Of a DNA stretch of 32,000 bases, positions 16,633 to 25,010 are shown one piece after another (position 1 is the stretch's first letter; each line of letters opens with the position of its first letter). The notes beneath the pieces were generated by a model. That model searched no databases and had not been told where the DNA came from. It saw only the letters and a program-made list of their open reading frames with translations. Source of the stretch: Alkanindiges illinoisensis DSM 15370 (GTDB taxonomy: Bacteria; Pseudomonadota; Gammaproteobacteria; Pseudomonadales; Moraxellaceae); NCBI RefSeq assembly GCF_000619845.1, contig NZ_JHUX01000003.1:1450064-1482063 (forward strand). The letters run 5' to 3'. A program made the position numbers and the translations under genes.

Positions 16633-16788
16633 ATGAAAAACCAACTCATTGCAGGCTACATCATCATTGCCCTGATCTGCTCGGTGTACTTCAAGGCCTG
16701 TAGCACTACCTCAAATCGCAGTTATCCCTATAACCTGGGCCGTGGCCTGACCTGGCCTATCAGCGTGCTGATCTTCCATGGCAAGTAA
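16633..16788 (+). CDS. Small membrane protein (51 aa), not in the supplied track
   Basis: Hand translation gives MKNQLIAGYIIIALICSVYFKACSTTSNRSYPYNLGRGLTWPISVLIFHGK. It has hydrophobic ends and is tightly packed between its neighbours (18-nt and 12-nt gaps). Confidence 0.5.
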   Translation: MKNQLIAGYIIIALICSVYFKACSTTSNRSYPYNLGRGLTWPISVLIFHGK

Positions 16789-16800
16789 GGACACTTTGTT

Positions 16801-17811
16801 ATGACCAGCCTTTATCACTACATTCACAATAACCCAGTGACCGCCACCCTAAACCAGGATGATGCAGTCTACATCGCACCCAACATCCCGCATGGCAAGC
16901 TGCATGGCGCACTGTCCTCCTTTATCCCGGCAGGCATTAGTCCCAATGATGTGGTAGTGCTGATTGATGACACCGTATTTGGCAGTGCCAGGGAAGGACT
17001 GGCACTAACCCCAACCCACCTGTACTGCAAGCAGATCATGGATGCACCCAAGCAGTTCCCACTCAACACCATTCAGAGCATTCACTTTGGCAGTGGTTTC
17101 CTAAATGGTGGACTGTATGTCAATGGCCAGTATGTCAGTGGCATGACCAAGCCTTCTGGCCATAGCATGAAACTGTTTGTCCAGCTGGTTACTGGCTTTC
17201 TGGCTGAGCTGGCCAGTATGCCGGATACCAGAAGTACTCCAGCTAGTTCAGGCACTGGACTTGGCAACCATCATCACCCTCAGCAGGGTGGTGGAAACCA
17301 GGCTTATGCTGGACAGGCAGCAGGCCATGATCCATTTGCAACTTCTACGCAAGGGCAGAATGATCCGTTTGGACAGCCTGATCCGTTTGCCCCATCACCG
17401 CCTAAGCAGACCGACCCCTTTAGCAAGGGCTTGCCGCTCATTGACCTGCTGATCTTTTTTAGCCTGTTCAAGAGTGGGCAGTGGAATACCGCCAGTGTGC
17501 GCTATATCCGGCATTGCTTTGCCAACATGCCACCGGATTCCCAGGTACGCCTCGAGCAACGCATGAAGCAATGCCCGTTTAACCTGACCATTACCACCGA
17601 GCAGCTGGCACGCATGCTACCCAGCATCAGCATGGATAGCCGCAAGCTCCTTGTCAAATGGTCATTACAACTCATGCTGATCAATGAGTTTACAGAAGAT
17701 GAGTTTGACCACTACCTGCATATCCTGACCACCACACTGGCGTTAAGTCGCCATGAGGTTAACTGGGTAATTGATAACACCGAGGCCACCTCTGCTGAAG
17801 AGTGGCAGTAG
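16801..17811 (+). CDS. Two-domain protein: N-terminal bacterial PH/GRAM-like module, disordered DPF-repeat linker, C-terminal TerB-like helical module
   Basis: The N-terminus has VVVLIDDTVFGSAREGLALTPTHLY, a pattern common in bacterial PH-like domains. Residues 141-210 are low complexity with four DPF motifs. The C-terminus is helical and TerB/DjlA-N-like. The domain calls are from memory. Confidence 0.7.
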   Translation: MTSLYHYIHNNPVTATLNQDDAVYIAPNIPHGKLHGALSSFIPAGISPNDVVVLIDDTVFGSAREGLALTPTHLYCKQIMDAPKQFPLNTIQSIHFGSGFLNGGLYVNGQYVSGMTKPSGHSMKLFVQLVTGFLAELASMPDTRSTPASSGTGLGNHHHPQQGGGNQAYAGQAAGHDPFATSTQGQNDPFGQPDPFAPSPPKQTDPFSKGLPLIDLLIFFSLFKSGQWNTASVRYIRHCFANMPPDSQVRLEQRMKQCPFNLTITTEQLARMLPSISMDSRKLLVKWSLQLMLINEFTEDEFDHYLHILTTTLALSRHEVNWVIDNTEATSAEEWQ

Positions 17812-17886
17812 CTGTTCGTAACCATCACCACTGATTTTTAACTAACACCACAACCCAACATCACAACCATAAAGGAATGAATAGAC

Positions 17887-18438
17887 ATGAATAAGATCCT
17901 GCAACCCAACCGTCAAACAACCGCCTACCAGTCTGGCCTAATATTACTGTCAAGTCGCCATGTATTGATCCGATCATTTAAGCCACTACATACCCTGTTA
18001 CTGGCTTCCGGCCTGTTGCTGGCTTTATCCGGCACGACGACAGCCATGGCCGCCTGTCCCTCGGCAGCCAGTACGGTGTTTTCCTGTACCACAGCAAAGG
18101 GCAAGCAGGTCGATATCTGTAATGCAGGGAGTAACCTCAACTATTCCTTTGGCAAGCCTAATAAACCGGAACTGACCTTTAGCCTGCCCAAGGCACGTGC
18201 CTATAAATACCTGTGGTCAGGCATGACCACTTCCGAGTGGAATGAAGTGTACTTGCCACGTGGCAATACCACCTATGTGGCCTACCAGGCTAACCACCGT
18301 AACCATGGTGGTGAGGAGTATGGCTTAAATGTGCTGATCAATGGCAAACAGGCCGCCAATATCCGCTGTGCCTCCAACATCACGGAAAACATCAGTGACA
18401 TTAACCTGCGTGAGATTGGTGATGATGAGCGGCCTTAA
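17887..18438 (+). CDS. Exported hypothetical protein (183 aa)
   Basis: aagga Shine-Dalgarno motif. Hydrophobic signal-like segment LLLASGLLLALSGTTTAMA. The mature part contains several Cys. Confidence 0.7.
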   Translation: MNKILQPNRQTTAYQSGLILLSSRHVLIRSFKPLHTLLLASGLLLALSGTTTAMAACPSAASTVFSCTTAKGKQVDICNAGSNLNYSFGKPNKPELTFSLPKARAYKYLWSGMTTSEWNEVYLPRGNTTYVAYQANHRNHGGEEYGLNVLINGKQAANIRCASNITENISDINLREIGDDERP

Positions 18439-18558
18439 GCAATTTGTTCGGACAACTTAATTAGCAGCGTTTTTACACTGTACTGATCTCTCAAACCGCA
18501 AGCTGATTTAAACCACCAGCTGACCTAAAGCATAAATATCAATAGATAAGGATTTACC

Positions 18559-18891
18559 ATGAAACACACAAGTTACAACGCCGCCATACTGATTGCACTA
18601 ACCACCCTACTGGCAACCCATCAGGCGCAGGCCAAAACTGAACACTTTACCTTAACCGGTAAAACCACCTATGGTGAGGAAGGCATCTTCTTTAAGACCA
18701 GTAAAGGAGATGTGGCATTAAACCTGTACACCCTGCCGGAAGGTGTGGTGAACTCACTGCACAAGTACAACCTAAACAAGGGGGCCTGTATCGTGGTGAA
18801 TTCTGATTCAGGCTTTTTACAAGAAGATGGCGGTGGTGGATCTGGCATTCACAGCATCAAAAACTGTAATAAAACGAGCAAGAAGAAATAA
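18559..18891 (+). CDS. Exported small protein (110 aa) with a Gly-rich, Lys-rich tail
   Basis: taagga Shine-Dalgarno motif. Signal peptide MKHTSYNAAILIALTTLLATHQAQA. Confidence 0.7.
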   Translation: MKHTSYNAAILIALTTLLATHQAQAKTEHFTLTGKTTYGEEGIFFKTSKGDVALNLYTLPEGVVNSLHKYNLNKGACIVVNSDSGFLQEDGGGGSGIHSIKNCNKTSKKK

Positions 18892-18973
18892 CTGCATAAA
18901 GAACTAGTATTGAGAGCTTCTAAATGCCATCAAGACTAGCCATTAAATATTTTACATTCCTAGAATTTTAATA

Positions 18974-19012
18974 GGTTTATAGCTATGCTCATTATTACTA
19001 TAGCTATAAACC
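18974..19012. repeat. Perfect 12-13-bp inverted repeat between the exported-protein operon and the KAP NTPase gene (operator or hairpin)
   Basis: ggtttatagcta (18974-18985) pairs with tagctataaacc (19001-19012) across a 15-nt spacer, and no T-run follows. Confidence 0.6.
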
Positions 19013-19048
19013 AAGCCGCATGTTTGAGAATATTTTCAGGGATAGAAA

Positions 19049-20464
19049 ATGACAGTTAATAGACGAGTAAATTTACCAAAAGTAGATTTTAGTAATATAG
19101 AGGTTCCTTTTGAAGGTGATTTATGGAAACGTGAAGCTTTATCAAATCAATTAACTAATTATGTAGGACGCTTAGAGGCAGGGGCAACTTTAGCAATTGA
19201 TGCAGAATGGGGCGCAGGAAAAACTTGGTTTGTTCATCATTGGAAAAAGGTATTAACTCACAGAGGACATCAAGTTATTTATTTGGATGCATTTTCTAAT
19301 GACTATCTTGAAGATCCTTTTATCATCATCGCCACTGAAATTGCGGAAAGATTTGAAAAGGAAAAAGCCGGGCTAGGTGTTAAGCTTAGGGAAAAAGCTG
19401 TTGCAGCCTATCATGCCCTTCTACCTAATTTACCAATGCTTCTATTTCATTTAACGATGAGTCTAATAGGTGCAGGTGCTATTTCTAAAGGTGCAAGTGA
19501 TATTATTAAAGATGTAAAAGATAATAGTGGTGAGGTAGGTGAGAAGTTTGCCGAAGCTATAAATGAGCAAATTAAAGAACATCTTGAGGAACGCGTCAAA
19601 AATCATGAAGCAGAGAAAAGAACTTTAGATAGTTTTAAACATCAACTTCAAGAACTTTCTAAAGAACTTGATAAACCATTGATTTTTATTATTGACGAAC
19701 TAGATCGTTGTAAGCCCGAATTCTCTATTCGCCTTATAGAACGTATAAAACATTTTTTTGATACGCCAAAAATTGTATTTGTCTTAGCAATGCATAAAGC
19801 TCAGTTATGTGAATCCATTAATAGTTACTATGGTTTTCAAAGCAAGAATTATTATTTGGATAAGTTCATTGACTTTACTGTACTATTATCTACAGAAGAG
19901 CAAAAAAAACAAATCTCATATGAAGCTATTACTGAACAATATCTAGTAGAGCTAGGCCTATATCCACCTTCTGACGCCAAGCAATCAGGTCTATTTAGAG
20001 AAGCATGCTGGCTGTGTGCTACTTTTCATCCTTCAGCCCGGCAGATTAAGAAAATATTTAATAAATACTCACTTCTTTTAAGTCCTGACAATGAAACTAA
20101 AAAAAGTATGCTATTTTTAACATTATTTTTGGATGAAATTGGTTTTATCCCAGACAAAGAAGGCGCGACCTTTGAACTTATATATGATAGGCTCCAACCA
20201 CTTTATATAAAGAAATATGGTACTTCTTACCATCCAGGTCCTACAGGCACTAAAGAGTACATTACATCTTTTCAGGAATTTATAAATAATATACTCACTA
20301 CATCATATGGCCAAATGATGTTTCAATATCTAAGAATTAATAAAAAATTTTCAGGGGCAAGCTGGCAGGATATTTATGAGGGTAAAGCCATATCCCCTCC
20401 AATACAAGGTCATACTACTAACTTTGATAATGCTTGGTTTGACTATATTCATCAAGGATTTTAA
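19049..20464 (+). CDS. KAP-family P-loop NTPase
   Basis: Walker A AEWGAGKTWF (GAGKT at 19211-19225). Walker B-like LIFIIDELDRCKPEF. A hydrophobic insertion, LLPNLPMLLFHLTMSLIGAGAI, sits between them, as described for KAP NTPases. The gene is AT-rich. Confidence 0.85.
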   Translation: MTVNRRVNLPKVDFSNIEVPFEGDLWKREALSNQLTNYVGRLEAGATLAIDAEWGAGKTWFVHHWKKVLTHRGHQVIYLDAFSNDYLEDPFIIIATEIAERFEKEKAGLGVKLREKAVAAYHALLPNLPMLLFHLTMSLIGAGAISKGASDIIKDVKDNSGEVGEKFAEAINEQIKEHLEERVKNHEAEKRTLDSFKHQLQELSKELDKPLIFIIDELDRCKPEFSIRLIERIKHFFDTPKIVFVLAMHKAQLCESINSYYGFQSKNYYLDKFIDFTVLLSTEEQKKQISYEAITEQYLVELGLYPPSDAKQSGLFREACWLCATFHPSARQIKKIFNKYSLLLSPDNETKKSMLFLTLFLDEIGFIPDKEGATFELIYDRLQPLYIKKYGTSYHPGPTGTKEYITSFQEFINNILTTSYGQMMFQYLRINKKFSGASWQDIYEGKAISPPIQGHTTNFDNAWFDYIHQGF

Positions 20465-20526
20465 TAAAAGTAAATTGGTACAGAAATTTTATAAAATATT
20501 CTTATCTCTATGTAAGGGGATTATTT

Positions 20527-21246
20527 ATGTGGGTAGCTATCATTACAGGTATCTTTTCCGTTATCACAACACTTATTGCACTTAAGCATCCTAAAAAGAC
20601 TTCAAGGGAGCGCTTAAGAGAAGAGTTAGATCACGCAAAAAATTTTAACCACTATCTTCTTCAAGACCAAAAAAATGAAGAATCTCTTCCCATAGAAGTC
20701 AAACATAAAGCTGCGCAATACTACGCAGAAAATGAATATACTTCATTCTATGAAGTAAAGTATTTTTGGGGTACCTCAAATATAAAAAGGATTATCAGGA
20801 TAAAGCATGCCTATTTCTTTTTATTTGATGTTTTTTATCATAAAGATGGTTCTATTCAACAGATTATATATCGAAGAGACATAGCTCGGCTTTTATTACT
20901 CGGTTTAGCATTAGGGTATCCCTTGTTACTTTTTCTAGCTATAGATGATTTCAATAATTTCAATTTAATTATAGAGAAAATTGATCAATTCAAAACGCAA
21001 TATAAATATGTGGATCTTTTTAATTTCGTCATGTGGCGGTCAATCATGCTTTTTATTGGCTTTGGTTGCCTAGTTGGGTTTATCAATATTTGGGGAATTA
21101 ACACTGAAATTAAAAAATTCTGCCAACTATCCTCTACTATAAAGCTTAAGACCTTTTGGTTAGATAAACAACTTCACTTTAAGAAACGCTATGTGATTAT
21201 TTTAATCACAGTTGGATTAATTTGGGGTAGCTTAAAAACACTATAA
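20527..21246 (+). CDS. Polytopic membrane protein (239 aa, about 4 transmembrane segments), co-oriented partner of the KAP NTPase
   Basis: aagggga Shine-Dalgarno motif. Hydrophobic segments are MWVAIITGIFSVITTLIAL, LLLLGLALGYPLLLFLAI, IMLFIGFGCLVGFINIWG and VIILITVGLIWGSL. Confidence 0.7.
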   Translation: MWVAIITGIFSVITTLIALKHPKKTSRERLREELDHAKNFNHYLLQDQKNEESLPIEVKHKAAQYYAENEYTSFYEVKYFWGTSNIKRIIRIKHAYFFLFDVFYHKDGSIQQIIYRRDIARLLLLGLALGYPLLLFLAIDDFNNFNLIIEKIDQFKTQYKYVDLFNFVMWRSIMLFIGFGCLVGFINIWGINTEIKKFCQLSSTIKLKTFWLDKQLHFKKRYVIILITVGLIWGSLKTL

Positions 21247-21350
21247 CTTTTTAATTCAAAAATAAATGAGATATATAACATTACTGTGCATATACTACGA
21301 TATCTCTTGTCATTATGCTAAATCACTCATTACATCCTAATCCGGTATGA

Positions 21351-21378
21351 AAAAAGCCTGCATTTGCAGGCTTTTTTA
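21351..21378 (+). terminator. Rho-independent terminator closing the KAP/membrane pair
   Basis: gcctgc-attt-gcaggc, flanked by an A-run upstream and a run of 6 T downstream. Confidence 0.8.
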
Positions 21379-21429
21379 TGTCCGTAATATTTGTAGCTAG
21401 ATTTCATTTAACCCGTAAGGAGATTCTCT

Positions 21430-21765
21430 ATGAAAAAACCAGTCTGTCCCCACTGTCACTCTTCCCAGACCCACGCCACCGCATCTATCCCGAAGGCCGT
21501 AGTACTACAGGATGCCTTTTTAGAGATCCGACGCCTATGTGAGCATGTGGGTCAGTATGCCTTGGCAGGTGCTGCCATTGGCCGTAAGATCCGCCTGGTC
21601 TCACCCATGGCCGGAATGACCTCGGGCTTTGTGATCGGTAGCCTAGTTGGCGGCTTGACCTGTACGGTATCTGTACCCTTGATTTGCACAGCCCTCAAAA
21701 CCACGGTACTGCGGTCTTACCAGTGCCGCCATTGTGGCCAGTGCTTTAGGCACTTTGGCATTTAG
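21430..21765 (+). CDS. Small protein with a split CxxC...CxxC zinc ribbon flanking a glycine-zipper hydrophobic core
   Basis: aaggag Shine-Dalgarno motif. CPHC lies at the N-terminus and CRHCGQC at the C-terminus. GFVIGSLVGGLTC lies in the middle. Confidence 0.65.
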   Translation: MKKPVCPHCHSSQTHATASIPKAVVLQDAFLEIRRLCEHVGQYALAGAAIGRKIRLVSPMAGMTSGFVIGSLVGGLTCTVSVPLICTALKTTVLRSYQCRHCGQCFRHFGI

Positions 21766-21988
21766 TAAATTGAACCAACCTGAGTTGGTTTAGATTAGCC
21801 CTATTAGGGTTTTAGCTATCTTACCTTAAATCCATTTAATTAATTCATGTTAGCTAATAACATCACTCAACCTGCTGTCTCATTAAACCCAATCTTCCTT
21901 AAACCCATCCATTGACACTGCATTCACATGACGCGGTGGGAACCCGTTTATCTGTAATTTAACCAAACTCAATGAAGGACTATTTCCT

Positions 21989-23050
21989 ATGGCACATCTA
22001 ATTGACTCAATAGCCTTTACCGGCACTACCCCTTGGCATGGCCTTGGCAACCAGTTGACCCCACGACAACCCATCGAGGTCTGGGCACGCCAGGCAGGCA
22101 TGGACTGGACGATTGAAGCATCCCCAGTGCATTACCTGACCAAGCTCCCCAATTTGGATGGCGCTGATATCACAGCCTCAGGATTTAGCTCAAGCCCGGC
22201 ACCAATAGGCAAGCATCCCAAGTGCGATATCCTGCTGTCCTTTGATGAACAACAGGTACTGTACCGTTCTGACAACCAGGCACCGCTATCGGTGGTGAGT
22301 CAGCGCTATCAGGTGGTACAGCCCCGCGAGATCCTTGAGTTCTACCGGGACTTAACGATAAAGGCTGACTTTGAGCTGGAAACTGCCGGGGTACTTAAAG
22401 GCGGCAAGAAGCTATGGGCACTGGCACGCACCGGGCAATCAGCCAGCATTAAGGGCAAGGATGTGTCTAACGGCTATATCCTCTTGGCAACCGCCTGTGA
22501 TGGCACGATGGCCACTACCGCCCAGTTCACTAGTATCCGGGTGGTGTGTAATAACACCCTTGCCATTGCACTAAGGCAGAGTAAGGCACTAGGCAATTCA
22601 TCTAATTCACTTAACAATCAGGGCATGGTGAAAGTCCCGCACAACACCAAGTTTGATGCGCAAAGCGTCAAGCAGCAACTGGGTATTTCCATCTCAAGTT
22701 GGGATGAATACATCTATCAACTCAACCAGCTTTCCAAACGTAAGGTGAAAAATGCTGAGGTAGACCGGTATCTGTGGCAGGTATTTAATGACAAGACAGC
22801 ACCGATTAGCAGCAGCTTTAACGAACGTGCCATGACCAAGTGCAAGTCATTGTTTGAAGGCCATGGACGCGGTGCCATGCTGGATTCTGCCAAGGGTACT
22901 GCATTTGGACTACTCAACAGTGTCACTGAGTTTGTCGATCATGAGCGCAAGGCTAAAAGTACTGATCACCGGCTGGAGTCGGCATGGTTTGGTAATGGTG
23001 CGGTGATTAAGCAACGGGCACTGGATCTGGCAGGGTTGATGGTGGCTTGA
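21989..23050 (+). CDS. DUF932 domain protein (YfjQ-like island backbone protein)
   Basis: The N-terminus has FTGTTPWHGLGNQL...AGMDW. The central region has FTSIRVVCNNTLAIAL. Both are hallmark DUF932 motifs. Confidence 0.85.
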   Translation: MAHLIDSIAFTGTTPWHGLGNQLTPRQPIEVWARQAGMDWTIEASPVHYLTKLPNLDGADITASGFSSSPAPIGKHPKCDILLSFDEQQVLYRSDNQAPLSVVSQRYQVVQPREILEFYRDLTIKADFELETAGVLKGGKKLWALARTGQSASIKGKDVSNGYILLATACDGTMATTAQFTSIRVVCNNTLAIALRQSKALGNSSNSLNNQGMVKVPHNTKFDAQSVKQQLGISISSWDEYIYQLNQLSKRKVKNAEVDRYLWQVFNDKTAPISSSFNERAMTKCKSLFEGHGRGAMLDSAKGTAFGLLNSVTEFVDHERKAKSTDHRLESAWFGNGAVIKQRALDLAGLMVA

Positions 23051-23055
23051 TAGTT

Positions 23056-23079
23056 TGCCTGGAACTTTTGTTCCAGGCA
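23056..23079 (+). terminator. Hairpin/terminator after the DUF932 gene
   Basis: A perfect 10-bp stem pairs tgcctggaac with gttccaggca around a tttt loop. The T-rich tract starts only about 12 nt downstream. Confidence 0.55.
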
Positions 23080-23609
23080 CCCATTCAATCTTTTATTTTT
23101 TTCAACTTTCGTAAAATCATACATCGAACTACATGTTTTATGCATCAAGCCATTTAGAAAAGCTCATTATGATGATCACGCTCAAGAAGTAAATATAATG
23201 CACAACCTATTGTCAGCGTGGATGTAATGGAATACTTTTACGTCCATTATGGTACTGACGATTTAGAAAAATTGATTTTGGTATGACTTTGTCTAGAACA
23301 AGGATGTGGTTTTAACATGCAACATCAAGAGCTTTACTTTTCAAATAGTATCAATATGCAGCTGTTGCTGATGAAAATGTCGGAGTTTTTTATTAACAAT
23401 CCTCATTATAAGCTGATGGACTATGAGCCAATCACTAGGGGATTAAGGTTTTATTATATTGTGGTGCCATAGCTCACTTAAAAATGCTGATTTGTCACTC
23501 TATTAATGCTCTTACTTTGATCATAGATCCATCAATAAATCAAAAGAGCTTGAGTAAAGCCAGACACTAAGTTTTGCTCACCAAAAAAGATAACTTCAAG
23601 GTCATTGCC

Positions 23610-23975
23610 ATGCCAAAACCAGTCAGGTTAGCGATAAAGCTCATTTGGTTTTCTTTAATCATCCGGGTGTTGCTGAATCTTTTTGGAACAGTAATAGGAA
23701 TATATTTAGTAGGAACTTTCTTAATCACATTCATTATCAGTACACTGATTGCCATTATTCCTTATAAGCTAGGCCATAGGAGCAACGCTGCACGTTATGT
23801 ACTTTTGCTGATTGCGGTTCTTACCGCAATTGGTGCGTTATCGGTCTTTGTGTACCATGTGCCTAATACAATACTAGATCAACTGGATTTTCTGATTACG
23901 ATTCCATTGTATATATATGCATTATACTTTCTGTTCTTTAATAAAGAAGTAGTTCACTGGTTTAGGAGTCAATAG
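23610..23975 (+). CDS. Small polytopic membrane protein (about 121 aa)
   Basis: The track ORF starts at TTG 23574, but ATG at 23610 is preferred. It has three to four hydrophobic helices and is AT-rich. Confidence 0.55.
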   Translation: MPKPVRLAIKLIWFSLIIRVLLNLFGTVIGIYLVGTFLITFIISTLIAIIPYKLGHRSNAARYVLLLIAVLTAIGALSVFVYHVPNTILDQLDFLITIPLYIYALYFLFFNKEVVHWFRSQ

Positions 23976-24252
23976 AATAACTAATCCGAATTACCACACT
24001 CATTGTAGTAATTTTCTTTTTTTCTTATTGACACTTATCCCACTATTAGTTGTGGACTATTTGCCATAGAAAGCTGGCTATAAGCAGGGCACTGCGGAGT
24101 ATTTTGGCTATTCTTATGCCCGACAGTTGGCATCAGTACAAGAATGCATGATTGATCCCAATGTAGCCAATAATGCAGCTTTTTAAACAGGGTACCGTGC
24201 ATTTTTTGAGTAACCCTATGCAGCGCTTATAGCCGCAGTAGGGTTAACACAT

Positions 24253-24675
24253 TTATCCCACAAGCCACACATATTCTTCAGTGCATTGTGGATTTAAGTA
24301 CTTAATGCGATTAGCGTTTTTTTTAAACTTGCCACTGCCACCAGCAAAATCCACTTGCTGGCCGATTCGATAATTGCGGTTCATATACGTAAGAATCTGA
24401 TTCACCTCATCCCATTTAACCAAGTTTTCAGGAAAAATCAGAAGCGAACCATCAGCATATAAACAGCCATTTTTTAGGGTCAATATTCCTGTTAAACGTG
24501 CAGAGGCAGAAATGCCATTGTACTCATAAACAGGAATATTCACTGTTGCCTTGCTCGCTTGCTGCTGAGATTGTGGCTGCTGAGATTGTTGGGGTTGTGA
24601 TGGCTGCTGACATGCAGTCAGCAGCGTTAGTACAGCACATGTGCCACAGTACTTAAGTTGATTATTGATAAACAA
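24253..24675 (-). CDS. Lipoprotein with a Gln/Pro-rich linker (140 aa), TTG start coupled to the upstream protease remnant
   Basis: Lipobox LTLLTAC. An aggag Shine-Dalgarno motif lies 6 nt upstream of TTG at 24675, and an in-frame stop 3 codons upstream excludes a longer ORF. Confidence 0.7.
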   Translation of the reverse strand: MFINNQLKYCGTCAVLTLLTACQQPSQPQQSQQPQSQQQASKATVNIPVYEYNGISASARLTGILTLKNGCLYADGSLLIFPENLVKWDEVNQILTYMNRNYRIGQQVDFAGGSGKFKKNANRIKYLNPQCTEEYVWLVG

Positions 24676-24904
24676 GTTGTGCTCCTATATCTGCCAGAAA
24701 ATCTACACTGGTATAAATCACTGTCCGGGCAATGGTTTTATCGGCATCCTTCCAAGAGCAGGCGGATTGAACACCAAATGCAACGTTTAAGGCAAACCAT
24801 GAGCCGCCACTGTCCCCAGGTACACAGCGCAAGGTTCCTAACACCGAGGTATTTACTGTACCAGCTCCACAACTTTGCACTACTGCCGAGTTTATATTTA
24901 AGGT
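24662..24904 (-). pseudogene. C-terminal remnant of a chymotrypsin-fold (S1, alpha-lytic/streptogrisin-like) serine protease
   Basis: CVPGDSGGSWF is present (GDSGG encoded at 24804-24818). The frame is closed by a stop at 24905-24907, so the His and Asp parts of the catalytic triad are missing. Confidence 0.6.
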
Positions 24905-25010
24905 CTAACTCAAACAACAAATATGAGATCCTTTTAACAACAAAGCGGTTTTTGCCATTTATGATTTTCTTCCAAGCTGGATAAACAGTGACTGCATAGT
25001 CAGTCTTACT

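Noticed and set aside
9793-18922. Shared 10-mer agagcttcta at 9793-9802 and 18913-18922, both at the left edges of AT-rich cargo blocks; considered as a possible cargo insertion-site motif
   Set aside because: The similarity does not extend beyond 10 nt, and many 10-mers recur by chance in 32 kb on two strands. The other two block edges lack it.
24658-24984. 108-aa plus-strand ORF, and 24738..24920(-)
   Set aside because: The first is antisense, and the second off-frame, to the serine-protease remnant, whose GDSGG motif identifies the true ancestral frame.
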